From a virus (lineage: Duplodnaviria; Caudoviricetes): a stretch of 64,000 nt of DNA. The DNA lies in the IMG/VR virus record IMGVR_UViG_3300034062_005626. The stretch is one strand, 5' to 3'. Each line of letters opens with the position of its first letter. Position 1 is the stretch's first letter. Shown here in pieces: positions 1 to 9,325 of this stretch. A model generated the notes under the pieces. It saw only the letters and a program-made list of their open reading frames with translations, made no database searches and was not told where the DNA came from. The position numbers and the translations under genes are program-made.

Positions 1-78
1 ATAATCCACAAGGTGATAAATCAATGATTAGAGTTTTAGTTAACGCTAAATTTGATAATGAATAAAAAATAAAAAAAT

Positions 79-714
79 ATGTCATCAGCAGAAGAATTAA
101 TGCAAAGATTGGCCGTGTCCAAAAAAATTATGGACAGACAGAGCACAATAAAAAGAGGTGAAATGCCACAAAATATTAATGCAGCACCAATGTTAGAGAG
201 TTTTAATACTCCTCAAGCAACATATAACTTACCTCAAGAATTTTTGTCTGAAAGCCCATCGACAAGTCAAAAATCAAATTATGACCCAACAAAACCGATT
301 GAAGAATCAAAAATTTTAAATTCAAAATTACCAGATGAAATTAAAAAATTAATGATTGAAAGACCTATAGTACAACCTAATACTATGTCAAGTGCGTCTA
401 TATCTGATGATATAATCGAGGGGGCACAAAGGTTAATGAAAATGGAGAATAAAAACTCACAACCATCCGAATCATTACCAAAATCAAACACCAAAACAAC
501 AACTCAAAACACACAATCACAATTCAACATGAATGAAATGAGAACAATGATTAGAGATGTTGTAAGAGATGTTGTAAGAGATGTTATTAGAGAAGAATTA
601 CAAGATGCGGGTGTCATTAGTGAATCATCTGAAGATGCTAACGAATCAATCCAATTTAAAGTTGGTAAGCACATATTTTTAGGTAGAGTTACAAAAATTC
701 AAAAGGTAAAATAA
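79..714 (+). CDS. hypothetical phage protein
   Basis: 211-aa ORF followed by a hairpin terminator; contains an RDVV-RDVV-RDVI-REE repeat helix. Confidence 0.8.
   Translation: MSSAEELMQRLAVSKKIMDRQSTIKRGEMPQNINAAPMLESFNTPQATYNLPQEFLSESPSTSQKSNYDPTKPIEESKILNSKLPDEIKKLMIERPIVQPNTMSSASISDDIIEGAQRLMKMENKNSQPSESLPKSNTKTTTQNTQSQFNMNEMRTMIRDVVRDVVRDVIREELQDAGVISESSEDANESIQFKVGKHIFLGRVTKIQKVK
553..592 (+). repeat. 12-bp tandem repeat (AGAGATGTTGTA x2, AGAGATGTTATT) encoding RDVV repeats
   Basis: read directly from sequence. Confidence 0.85.
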
Positions 715-737
715 CTTTAAACAAAATCAAAAAATGC

Positions 738-764
738 AATCCACCTATTTTAGGTGGATTTTTT
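738..764 (+). terminator. intrinsic terminator
   Basis: AATCCACCTA-TTT-TAGGTGGATT followed by a T run. Confidence 0.85.
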
Positions 765-792
765 ATTTTATTACCTTTTGATAGGTCGGGAC

Positions 793-799
793 TATTTAT
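793..799 (+). promoter_or_regulatory. putative phage late promoter TATTTAT (homing endonuclease)
   Basis: recurrent motif, 6 nt before ATG 806 and downstream of a terminator. Confidence 0.6.
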
Positions 800-805
800 C
801 ATATT

Positions 806-1753
806 ATGGGGAAAAAAATTCAATTAGACGAAGAAGAAGTAGTCAAACAATATCTTAATGGTAAAAGTAGTTCAATTGTTGCGACAGAATTTAAAGTCTC
901 CAAACCAAAAATACTCAGTATTTTAAAAAAACACAACGTAATAAGAAAAAAAGACAGATGTAAAAGTTTGAATTATAAATTAATCAACGAGTATTACGTT
1001 GTTGAAAGAATTTGCCCAACATGTAAGGAAATAATTCAAACTAAGTCAAAAAATAAAATTATTGCGTGTAGAAATCACTTTGTTAAAATTGACAAAAATT
1101 GTGATTGTAAAAATTGTTCATTAAAAAAACAAATAGGTAAAGGAAATCCGTTTTACGGAAAAAAACACGATGAAAAAACAAAAAATAAAATTTCAAAAAG
1201 TAGAAAGGGGAAGGCAAAAGGTTTTGAAAATGGAATGTCAAATCCTGACAATAAAAAAAGAGCTCACGATAATTTAAAACAAAAGTGGAATAATGGTGAA
1301 ATGGAACATGTTAGAAAAATGTTTTCAGAAACTATGAAAAATACTAGAAGGATGGGAAAAATAAAATCAATTAATAGGTCTAAAAAAGAGAAAGAAATAT
1401 TGGAAGAAATAAAAAATATGGGTTACCAAGTAAAACATTCATTAAAAATTGACACAAAAATATGTGACATATATATACCTAAATTAAATTTAATTATTGA
1501 ATATAATGGAGATTATTGGCATTGTAACCCAAAAAAATACGACGCAAGTTATTATCACCAAGTAAAGAAAAAAACCGCACAAGAATTATGGGAATATGAT
1601 AATAATAAAATTGACTTAATAAAAAGTAATGGTTATTTTTTTGAAGTGGTGTGGGAGTCTGAATTGAAATCAAACCCACAAATAATAAATAACTTAATAA
1701 AAAAACATGAATCAAGAGAGCAATCCAACTCCAGACGTTCGCAAAAAAATTAG
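806..1753 (+). mobile_element. free-standing homing endonuclease (HTH + Cys-rich + NUMOD3 + Vsr/DUF559-like EDxHD nuclease domain)
   Basis: N-terminal HTH-like segment; CPTC..CKNC; NUMOD3 GNPFYGKKHDEKTKNKISKSRKG; C-terminal DIYIPKLNLIIEYNGDYWH...VVWESE. Confidence 0.8.
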
Positions 1754-2967
1754 GGTTCTATGCGTCCCTAGCGACCGTACTGGAGTTGGCTGAATTTAAA
1801 GGAAAATTTAGGTCTGTAGACCCCCACGTAATGTTACAAAATAATCACTCAGATGAATTTCACGTAGATATAGATTACGACCCAAAAATTAATGATTATA
1901 ACTATTGGAAACAATATGACATTGTCCATTTCCATAGGTCAATTGGTCAAGATTTTGACCAAGCGAATAAGTTAATTCAAACATTAAATTCTATTGGTGT
2001 AATTACAATTATGGATTTGGACGACTATTGGTTGCCAACTAAAGAACACCCAATCCATCAACTAATCATACAGAATAAAATAAATGAAAAGATAGTTGCA
2101 AACCTAAAAGTGGCCGCACACGTCACAACAACAACATCTTTATTTGCATCAGAAATATCTAAAATTAATAAAAACGTATACGTTCTTCCAAACGCAATTA
2201 ATCCAAAAGAACCTCAATTCAATCATGAAACAAAACCTTCAGATAAACTTCGTTTTGGATGGTTGGGTGGTTCTTCTCACTTACATGATTTAAAATTATT
2301 AAACGGTGTAACAAATAAATTAAAAGATAGTCATGACAAATTTTCATTGTATCTATGTGGTTTCGATACAAGAGGAAGTGTTACTGAAATTAATAAAGAA
2401 ACGGGGGAACAAAAACAAAGGCCGATAAGGCCAGAAGAAACCGTATGGGCACGTTATGAAGAAATTTTTACTGACAATTATAAGTTAGTTTCTCCCCAAC
2501 ATCTTGAATACCTGAAAAAATTTGAGGATTCTGAATATATTATGGAGTCTGAACCTTTTTACAATCGAGTTTGGACAAAACCTGTTACAAGTTACGCTTC
2601 AAATTATAGATTATTTGATGTTTCATTATCACCGATTGTGAATCATATTTTTAACCGAGTTAAGTCACAATTAAAAGTTATTGAAGCAGGTTTTTATAAA
2701 AAAGCAATTATCGCTTCAAATGTTGGACCATATACCATTGATTTAAAACATGCATTAAAAAATGGTCAGTTCTCTGACGGAAACGCACTTTTAGTTGATG
2801 AAGTAAAAAATCATAGTGATTGGGCTAAAAACATGAAAAAATTAATTGATAATCCTAACTTTGCTTATGACTTGGGACAACGATTGTATGAAACGGTGAA
2901 AGACACATATGATTTGAATATGGTCACAAAAAATAGAGCGGAACTTTATAAATCTTTAATAAAATGA
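1707..2967 (+). CDS. GT-B (GT4-like) glycosyltransferase interrupted by a 13-nt insertion (1791-1803)
   Basis: ATG 1707 gives MNQESNPTPDVRKKIRVLCVPSDRTGVG then TGA 1791; the +1 frame continues (G)KFRSVDPHVMLQ... to 2967; removing 13 nt restores SDRTGVGKFRSVDP; C-terminal GT4 motif KSQLKVIEAGFYKKAIIASNVGPY. Confidence 0.8.
1725..1789 (+). other. GC-rich RNA stem-loop immediately 5' of the interruption
   Basis: CCAACTCCAG (1725-1734) is the perfect reverse complement of CTGGAGTTGG (1780-1789); extends via ACG/CGT with a 1-nt bulge; inner hairpin TAGGG (1751-55)/CCCTA (1766-70). Confidence 0.75.
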
Positions 2968-3692
2968 TAAACATACCTATTAACAAAATTTTATTTATCG
3001 ACATTGAAACTGTTGGTATATGTAAGGATTGGCGGACTTGTCAAGAAAATCACCCAAAAATTGCTGAACAATTTGTTAAATACTTTGATTGGTTTTTAAA
3101 GAGATTTCCTGAAGATGATGTTGAGACAAATGGTCTTGAAGAAGAACTTCAAAAAATGAATGATGTTTATTCTTCAAGAGCGGCACTTGTTCCGGAGTTT
3201 GCTAAAATTGTTTGCGTATCAATGGCATTTGTTTTAGAAAACGGTGAAGTAAAAAAACAAACTTTTAAAAATGACAGCGAAGAGGATTTATTGTTGGAAG
3301 TTAGAAATTTATTAGACCGTTGTCACAAATTAGATTTTTATTTGTGTGGTCATAATTTAAAAAACTTTGACATCCCTATGTTGGCAAAACGTATGATTAT
3401 TAACAATATTATGCCATCAAAAATACTCCCGTCATACGACACTAAACCGTGGGAAGTAAAAGCAATTGACACAAAAGAAATTTGGCAATACGGTTCGTAT
3501 AGTTCAATTGGTTCTTTAGATTTAATGTGTTCTTGTTTAGATATTCCAACACCAAAAGATGGTGAAATAAATGGGGGTATGGTTCATCAGGCATATTGGA
3601 ATCAGAACAGACTTGATGAAATTGCAAAATATTGCGAAAAAGACGTTGATGTTTTGATTGAATCAATAAAAAAATTAAAAAGTTTAAAATAA
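2964..3692 (+). CDS. predicted 3'-5' exonuclease (PolB-exo/DnaQ-like)
   Basis: DEDD motifs FIDIET, GHNLKNFDIP, YCEKDV. Confidence 0.85.
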   Translation: MINIPINKILFIDIETVGICKDWRTCQENHPKIAEQFVKYFDWFLKRFPEDDVETNGLEEELQKMNDVYSSRAALVPEFAKIVCVSMAFVLENGEVKKQTFKNDSEEDLLLEVRNLLDRCHKLDFYLCGHNLKNFDIPMLAKRMIINNIMPSKILPSYDTKPWEVKAIDTKEIWQYGSYSSIGSLDLMCSCLDIPTPKDGEINGGMVHQAYWNQNRLDEIAKYCEKDVDVLIESIKKLKSLK

Positions 3693-4294
3693 TGTTTGAA
3701 AATATAAAAGATTTAAAAAATAGCATGAAAGCTTTAAAAGAGCTTCAATCTCAGTTTGGTAATGTTGACATGACAAACCCTGAAAGTATGTTGAAATCCA
3801 TGGGACTTAATGTTGATGAAATCAATCAACATTTTGAAGGTCAATTTACATCAGAAGTTAATTTAAATTTTGTAAATAATAGTGAAAATCAAAATCCTGA
3901 ATACGCATATAAAGGTGATTCGGGATTTGATTTAAGAGCTTCGGAAGAAAAATGGATTTTTCCAAACTCAAGAGTTTTAATACCTACAGGTTTAAAATTT
4001 GACATTCCTGATGGTTATGAAATACAAGTAAGGTCTAAAAGTGGATTAGCCTTAAATCAAGGATTATTTGTTTTAAATTCACCTGGCACGGTTGATAGTG
4101 GATACTTAGGTGAAATACAAGTTATTTTATTTAACACAACAACAGAAAAAGTTAAAATAGAAAAGGGTCAAAAAATTGCACAAGCGGTTCTTTGTCCTGT
4201 TGTTAATGGCAAATGGGTTAATTTAACGCAAATTTCAAATTTAGGCTCAAAAGACCGAAATGATAATGGATTTGGTTCAACAGGTTTAGTATGA
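3692..4294 (+). CDS. dut: trimeric dUTPase with N-terminal extension
   Basis: motifs SGFDL, RSKSGLA, GTVDSGYLGEI, RNDNGFGSTG. Confidence 0.95.
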   Translation: MFENIKDLKNSMKALKELQSQFGNVDMTNPESMLKSMGLNVDEINQHFEGQFTSEVNLNFVNNSENQNPEYAYKGDSGFDLRASEEKWIFPNSRVLIPTGLKFDIPDGYEIQVRSKSGLALNQGLFVLNSPGTVDSGYLGEIQVILFNTTTEKVKIEKGQKIAQAVLCPVVNGKWVNLTQISNLGSKDRNDNGFGSTGLV

Positions 4295-5931
4295 TTACAG
4301 TAGGATTTTCAACAAGAAAAATAGATGACAATTTTGTCTCGATGTTAAAAAAAACATCAGGAGTAAGTAAATTGGAAATAATACCAATCGAAAACAATGG
4401 TGTATATTCTCTTAGTGAAGCTTACAATAAAATTTTAAATGACTCCACTAATGACATTGTTGTATTGATGCATGACGACATTTATTTTGACAGTAAAAAT
4501 TGGGCGTCAAAAGTTTTAAATTATTTTAAAAGAAATTCTGACTACGGCATTCTTGGAGTTGCAGGTTCAACATCATTACCTTCTTCTGGTAAATGGTGGG
4601 AAGATTTTTCAAAACTTAAAGGAATTGTTAATCATGAACATGAAGGAAAAAAATGGGAGTCAAAATATTCACCAAGCAAAGGTAATCAGTTAGATGACGT
4701 ATTGTTAGTAGATGGGTTATTTATAGCAATTAATAAAAAAAATATTAAACACAACTTTAACGAAGAAGTTAAAGGGTTTCACTTTTACGATGTAGATTTT
4801 TCTTTTAGAAATTATTTAGAAGATGTTAAAATAGGTGTTATGTATGATGTTAGAGTCACACATAAATCGATTGGTATGACTAATGAACAATGGGAAAAAA
4901 ATAGAGAGGAATTTGCAGAAAAATATAAAGATGTTTTACCCGTTAAAATAAAAAGAAATCTTACAATCGATTCACCTTTAAAGGTATTATTATCTTGTTT
5001 ATTTTTTAAAACTTTTACAGGTTCAGAAATGTATGTTTATGAATTAGCAAGAGGATTAAAAAAATTAAATTGTGATGTTACGGTACTATCAGATATTAAT
5101 GGGCCTTTATCTCAATTAGCAAAACAACAAGGAATCAAAGTTGTTTCATTTCAAGATGCTCCTGGTTACAAAATGGGAGATGGAAAGTGGGGATTTAATA
5201 CACCACAAGGGTTTCAACCGACACAACCAAATGTAATGTATAAAATTGGTGATGTTAATTATGATATTATACATACCCAACATACTCCAGTTTCAAATCA
5301 AATGTGTCAGATGTATCCAAACATCGATAAAATATCAACAATACATTCTGAAGTCATAGAATTAGAAAATCCAATTATTAACGATTCAATTAAAAAATAT
5401 ATTTGCATTCGTCCTGAGATACAAAACCATATTGTCGAAAAATTTAATATTGATAAAAATAATACTGAAGTAATTTATAATCCAATCGACACAAAAAGAT
5501 TCAATTCAAACAATATTAAAGATGATAATTATGTTTTGTTTGTTGGTACAATTGATTATTTAAGAGAAAATACAATAAGAGATTTAGTAACATACTCCTC
5601 TGAAATTAATAAAGAATTATGGTTAGTTGGTGAAAACAAATCAAATTACTTGGATGATTTATTAAAAAATCCACACGTAAAACATTTTAACTCAACAAGT
5701 AAAGTTGAACAGTATGTTAAAAACTGTTCTGAAACTGCGGGTATTCTTTTGGGAAGAACGACTATTGAAGGTTGGATGTGTAATAAATCTGGGTGGATTT
5801 ACAATGTTGAAAGTAGTGGTTATATTTTAGATAAAAAATTACATACCCCGCCGACAGATGTTAGTAAATTCGACTCAATTGAAGTGGCAAAAAAAATAAA
5901 AGAAGAATATATTAAAGTTTTAAATGATTAA
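4291..5931 (+). CDS. two-domain glycosyltransferase (GT2-like + GT4-like)
   Basis: LMHDDIYF and FHFYDVDFS in the N-half; TGSEMYVYELARGL in the GT-B C-half. Confidence 0.8.
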   Translation: MITVGFSTRKIDDNFVSMLKKTSGVSKLEIIPIENNGVYSLSEAYNKILNDSTNDIVVLMHDDIYFDSKNWASKVLNYFKRNSDYGILGVAGSTSLPSSGKWWEDFSKLKGIVNHEHEGKKWESKYSPSKGNQLDDVLLVDGLFIAINKKNIKHNFNEEVKGFHFYDVDFSFRNYLEDVKIGVMYDVRVTHKSIGMTNEQWEKNREEFAEKYKDVLPVKIKRNLTIDSPLKVLLSCLFFKTFTGSEMYVYELARGLKKLNCDVTVLSDINGPLSQLAKQQGIKVVSFQDAPGYKMGDGKWGFNTPQGFQPTQPNVMYKIGDVNYDIIHTQHTPVSNQMCQMYPNIDKISTIHSEVIELENPIINDSIKKYICIRPEIQNHIVEKFNIDKNNTEVIYNPIDTKRFNSNNIKDDNYVLFVGTIDYLRENTIRDLVTYSSEINKELWLVGENKSNYLDDLLKNPHVKHFNSTSKVEQYVKNCSETAGILLGRTTIEGWMCNKSGWIYNVESSGYILDKKLHTPPTDVSKFDSIEVAKKIKEEYIKVLND

Positions 5932-6661
5932 AGTTGTAAGTTGTTTTTGGAATGTTGAAAACTACATTGAAAAATGTATTAATTCGGTTAAATCTCAAAC
6001 TTATCGGGACTTTAAAATGTATTTAATTGATGATATGTCTAATGACAATACAAATCAAATCATAGAAAAATTAATAGAGGGTGATGAAAGATTTGTTCAT
6101 ATCAAAAACACTGAAAAAAAGTTCAAATTAAAAAATTTAGATGACTTATTGATGGATGAATCATTAATTGATGATGAAGATATTATTGTTGAGTTGGATG
6201 GTGATGATTGGTTTTATAATGAATTAGTTTTACAAAAAGTTTTTGATAGATATTCTAAAAACAAAAATCTTTGGATTACTAACGGTAGTTTTATATATTC
6301 TGATGGAAGAATGGGGTTTTCGGCAAAGGTGAATCCTAACACAATAAGACGTGACTTATTTGTTTTTTCCCATTTAAGAACTTGGAAAGCCCATTTATGG
6401 AGAAGCATAGATGAAGAAATGTTTTTAGATGAAAATAAAAATTATTTTAAATCAGGTGCCGACGTTGCGTACTCATTTCCTATGGTTGAAATGTCAGGTG
6501 AAAGTCATTATGAATTTATACCCGACATACTATTAGTTTATAATGAAGAAAACCCATATAATGACCACAAACAAGGTAGTGCTAGTGGTTCTAATCTTGA
6601 ACAGATAAAAGTATCAAACATGGTTAGAAATAAACAAAAATTAAATAAGTTAGTTAAATGA
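5924..6661 (+). CDS. GT2 family glycosyltransferase
   Basis: CINSVKSQTY, LIDDMSNDNT, ELDGDDW. Confidence 0.85.
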   Translation: MIKVVSCFWNVENYIEKCINSVKSQTYRDFKMYLIDDMSNDNTNQIIEKLIEGDERFVHIKNTEKKFKLKNLDDLLMDESLIDDEDIIVELDGDDWFYNELVLQKVFDRYSKNKNLWITNGSFIYSDGRMGFSAKVNPNTIRRDLFVFSHLRTWKAHLWRSIDEEMFLDENKNYFKSGADVAYSFPMVEMSGESHYEFIPDILLVYNEENPYNDHKQGSASGSNLEQIKVSNMVRNKQKLNKLVK

Positions 6662-7470
6662 ATAATTTAATCTCGTGTAATTTAATGGGTGGTTTAGGTA
6701 ATCAATTATTTCAAGCGGCTCACGCATTGGCACAAGGAATAAAACACAATAGAGAAGTAGTTTTTGTACCTAAATCATGGACACCAATGCAAGGTAGACA
6801 AACTTCAAACTATATTAATAACGTTTTTAGAAATTTAAAATTTGTTGAGTCTATTGATGGATTTGAAAAAGTCGTTGAAGGTCCTTGGGAATATTCTGAA
6901 GTAAATCCAAAAACTAATAGTACAGTCTTTGAAGGGTATTTCCAAAGTAGTAAAAACTTTTTGGGGTATGATGAACAAATTAGAAATATTTTTTTTCCGA
7001 CTGAAGACTTTATAAATAATATGTATGATAAATATCCGCAATTAAAACAAGATAATACTTTATCCATACACACACGTAGGGGGGATTGTTTTTTTAATTT
7101 AGATATTCACCCTATTGCAAACGAAAAATATATTGAAAAATCGTTAAATGTTGTTGGGGAATACAAACATGTTTTTATTTTTGGAGATGATAAAGAATGG
7201 GTAAAAAATAACATTAAATTAAAAAATTCTACGTTTATCGAAAACCTTGAGGATTATGAAGAAATGTGGTTAATGTCTCTTTGTAATCACAACATAATAG
7301 TAAACTCAACTTTTTCTTGGTGGTCATCGTTTTTAAATAAAAACCCAAATAAAAAAATATTAGCACCTTCAATTTGGTTTGGTCCAAGAGGTCCTAAAAA
7401 TTACAAAGACATATACGAAGATTATTGGAAAATTATTGATGTGTCTTATAAAAATGGTTTTTTAGAATAA
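6658..7470 (+). CDS. GT11 alpha-1,2-fucosyltransferase-like
   Basis: GGLGNQLFQ, EGYFQS, SIHTRRGD, NSTFSWWSSFL. Confidence 0.9.
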   Translation: MNNLISCNLMGGLGNQLFQAAHALAQGIKHNREVVFVPKSWTPMQGRQTSNYINNVFRNLKFVESIDGFEKVVEGPWEYSEVNPKTNSTVFEGYFQSSKNFLGYDEQIRNIFFPTEDFINNMYDKYPQLKQDNTLSIHTRRGDCFFNLDIHPIANEKYIEKSLNVVGEYKHVFIFGDDKEWVKNNIKLKNSTFIENLEDYEEMWLMSLCNHNIIVNSTFSWWSSFLNKNPNKKILAPSIWFGPRGPKNYKDIYEDYWKIIDVSYKNGFLE

Positions 7471-7473
7471 CAT

Positions 7474-8235
7474 ATGGAATACTATTACACAAGATATGAC
7501 GGTAATGACGAAGAAGGTTTAGGTTCAATTTTACAGTCACAACTTCACTTATATGCGTATTGTAGGGTCAATAATAAGAAAATGTTTTTCCCTGGTTTAC
7601 AGAACATATCACATTACCAATATGTTGGAGAAGAAAAAGAAATTTTTAATAAAAAACTAAATGATTTTTTTAATATCCCATCAGAAGGGGAAGTTGGGAC
7701 AAACTATATTGAACCATCATATCTATTAAAAAATTGGGGTGAGTCTGAAAATTCTATAAAACAAAAATATATTCCTGAGTTATTTGAAAAAATAAAATAC
7801 ACAGGAATAAATTATTTTGATAAAAATAAAAAAACTTTATCCGTACATATAAGGAATATTAATCCTCAAGATGTTTGTTTTGATTATAACAGGGAATATT
7901 ATTCAGAAAATAAAAAAAATTATTTTATAAATTTAATTACAAACATACATAAGATTCACGGAAAAAATTTAGATGTTCATATTTTTTCTCAAGGTAAAGA
8001 TGAAGATTTTGAAATATTTGAAAAAAAATTTAATGCAAAAACACATTTGAATGGTGATATAGTAACAACATTATATCATTTAATTACAAGTGAAATATTA
8101 GTAACTTCGAATAGTTCTTTTAGTTGGGTTTCTCATCTTTATGGTCAAAATAAATATGTCTATTCACGTAACAATTTTTTTCATTCTTGGTACTCATCAA
8201 CTTTTTTAGTTGACAATTATGGTAATATAATTTAA
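7474..8235 (+). CDS. fucosyltransferase-fold (GT11/NodZ-like) protein
   Basis: GLGS..Q, SVHIRN, LVTSNSSFSW. Confidence 0.6.
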   Translation: MEYYYTRYDGNDEEGLGSILQSQLHLYAYCRVNNKKMFFPGLQNISHYQYVGEEKEIFNKKLNDFFNIPSEGEVGTNYIEPSYLLKNWGESENSIKQKYIPELFEKIKYTGINYFDKNKKTLSVHIRNINPQDVCFDYNREYYSENKKNYFINLITNIHKIHGKNLDVHIFSQGKDEDFEIFEKKFNAKTHLNGDIVTTLYHLITSEILVTSNSSFSWVSHLYGQNKYVYSRNNFFHSWYSSTFLVDNYGNII

Positions 8236-8244
8236 GTTTATAAC

Positions 8245-9324
8245 ATGAAAAATAATATATCAATTATAGGTGTCGGTAAATTAGGTTTATGTTTATCGTT
8301 AAATTTAGAAAGAAAAGGATTTAATATAGTAGGGGTTGACGTTTCTGAGTCATATGTTAGTTCATTAAATAATAAAAGTTTTAAAAGTACAGAACCATAC
8401 GTTAATGAATTTTTACAAAGTTCAAAAAATATTTTTTTTACAACTTCTCTTGAATTAGCATTAAAAAATGATGTAATATTTGTTGTAGTAAAAACCCCAT
8501 CAACACCAGAATGGAAATACGACCACACCCAAATAGATAATATAGTTGATGAGTTAATTAAAATCGGAAAACAAAATACCCGTAAAGATTTAATTATAAA
8601 TTCAACAACTTTTCCAGGATACTGTGACACAATCCAAAAAAGATTGTCAGATTTAAATTATTTTGTGTCTTATAATCCAGAATTTATTGCTCAAGGTAGT
8701 ATTATTATGGACCAATTAAATTGTGATAGTGTGTTAATAGGTGAGTCAGACAAAACGGCAGGAGATACAATTGAACACATATATAAAGTAATGTGTGATT
8801 CTAACCCAATAATAAATCGCATGTCAAGAACAGAATCTGAATTAACAAAATTGTCAGTTAACTGTTTTCTCACAACTAAAATAAGTTTTGCAAACATGAT
8901 AGGTGACATATCTGAAAGGATGAATTGTAATCCTAATGTTATTTTGAATGCCGTTGGTTCAGATAGTAGAATTGGAAATAAATACCTTAAACCTGGATTT
9001 GGTTTTGGAGGACCTTGTTTCCCGAGAGATAATCGCGCATTATCTAAATGTGCAGAAGAAGTTGGTATTGACGCAGTAATTTCAAAATCTACGGACATAA
9101 TGAATGAAAAACATTTAGAATATCAAATTCAAAATTTTGTTAAAAACAATCCCGATATGACTAAAAAAGTTGTAATACCATACGTTACATATAAAAAAGA
9201 AAGTACCTTAATTGAAGAGTCCCAACAACTTAAATTTGCTTTAAGTTTAAAAAATATGGGATATAATGTTGTAGTATCTGACGACAGAGAAGAAGTAATC
9301 GAACAAATAAAAAATATATTATAA
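8245..9324 (+). CDS. UDP-glucose/GDP-mannose dehydrogenase family
   Basis: IIGVGKLG Rossmann motif, YNPEFIAQG, KLSVNCFLTTKISFAN, GFGFGGPCFPRD. Confidence 0.9.
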   Translation: MKNNISIIGVGKLGLCLSLNLERKGFNIVGVDVSESYVSSLNNKSFKSTEPYVNEFLQSSKNIFFTTSLELALKNDVIFVVVKTPSTPEWKYDHTQIDNIVDELIKIGKQNTRKDLIINSTTFPGYCDTIQKRLSDLNYFVSYNPEFIAQGSIIMDQLNCDSVLIGESDKTAGDTIEHIYKVMCDSNPIINRMSRTESELTKLSVNCFLTTKISFANMIGDISERMNCNPNVILNAVGSDSRIGNKYLKPGFGFGGPCFPRDNRALSKCAEEVGIDAVISKSTDIMNEKHLEYQIQNFVKNNPDMTKKVVIPYVTYKKESTLIEESQQLKFALSLKNMGYNVVVSDDREEVIEQIKNIL

Positions 9325-9325
9325 T

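Noticed and set aside
1791-1799. UGA read-through or stop-codon reassignment as the explanation for the interruption
   Set aside because: An in-frame TAA follows two codons later, the body is in the +1 frame, and TAA, TAG and TGA all terminate normal genes in this window
1791-1803. Self-splicing intron
   Set aside because: 13 nt is too short for a ribozyme and no group I/II core is visible nearby; the endonuclease lies upstream of, not inside, the interruption
1786-2967. ORF-track start at TTG giving MAEFKGKFR as the natural N-terminus
   Set aside because: It omits the first GT-B strand and Gly motif, which are encoded just upstream in another frame; kept only as an alternative (split-enzyme) model
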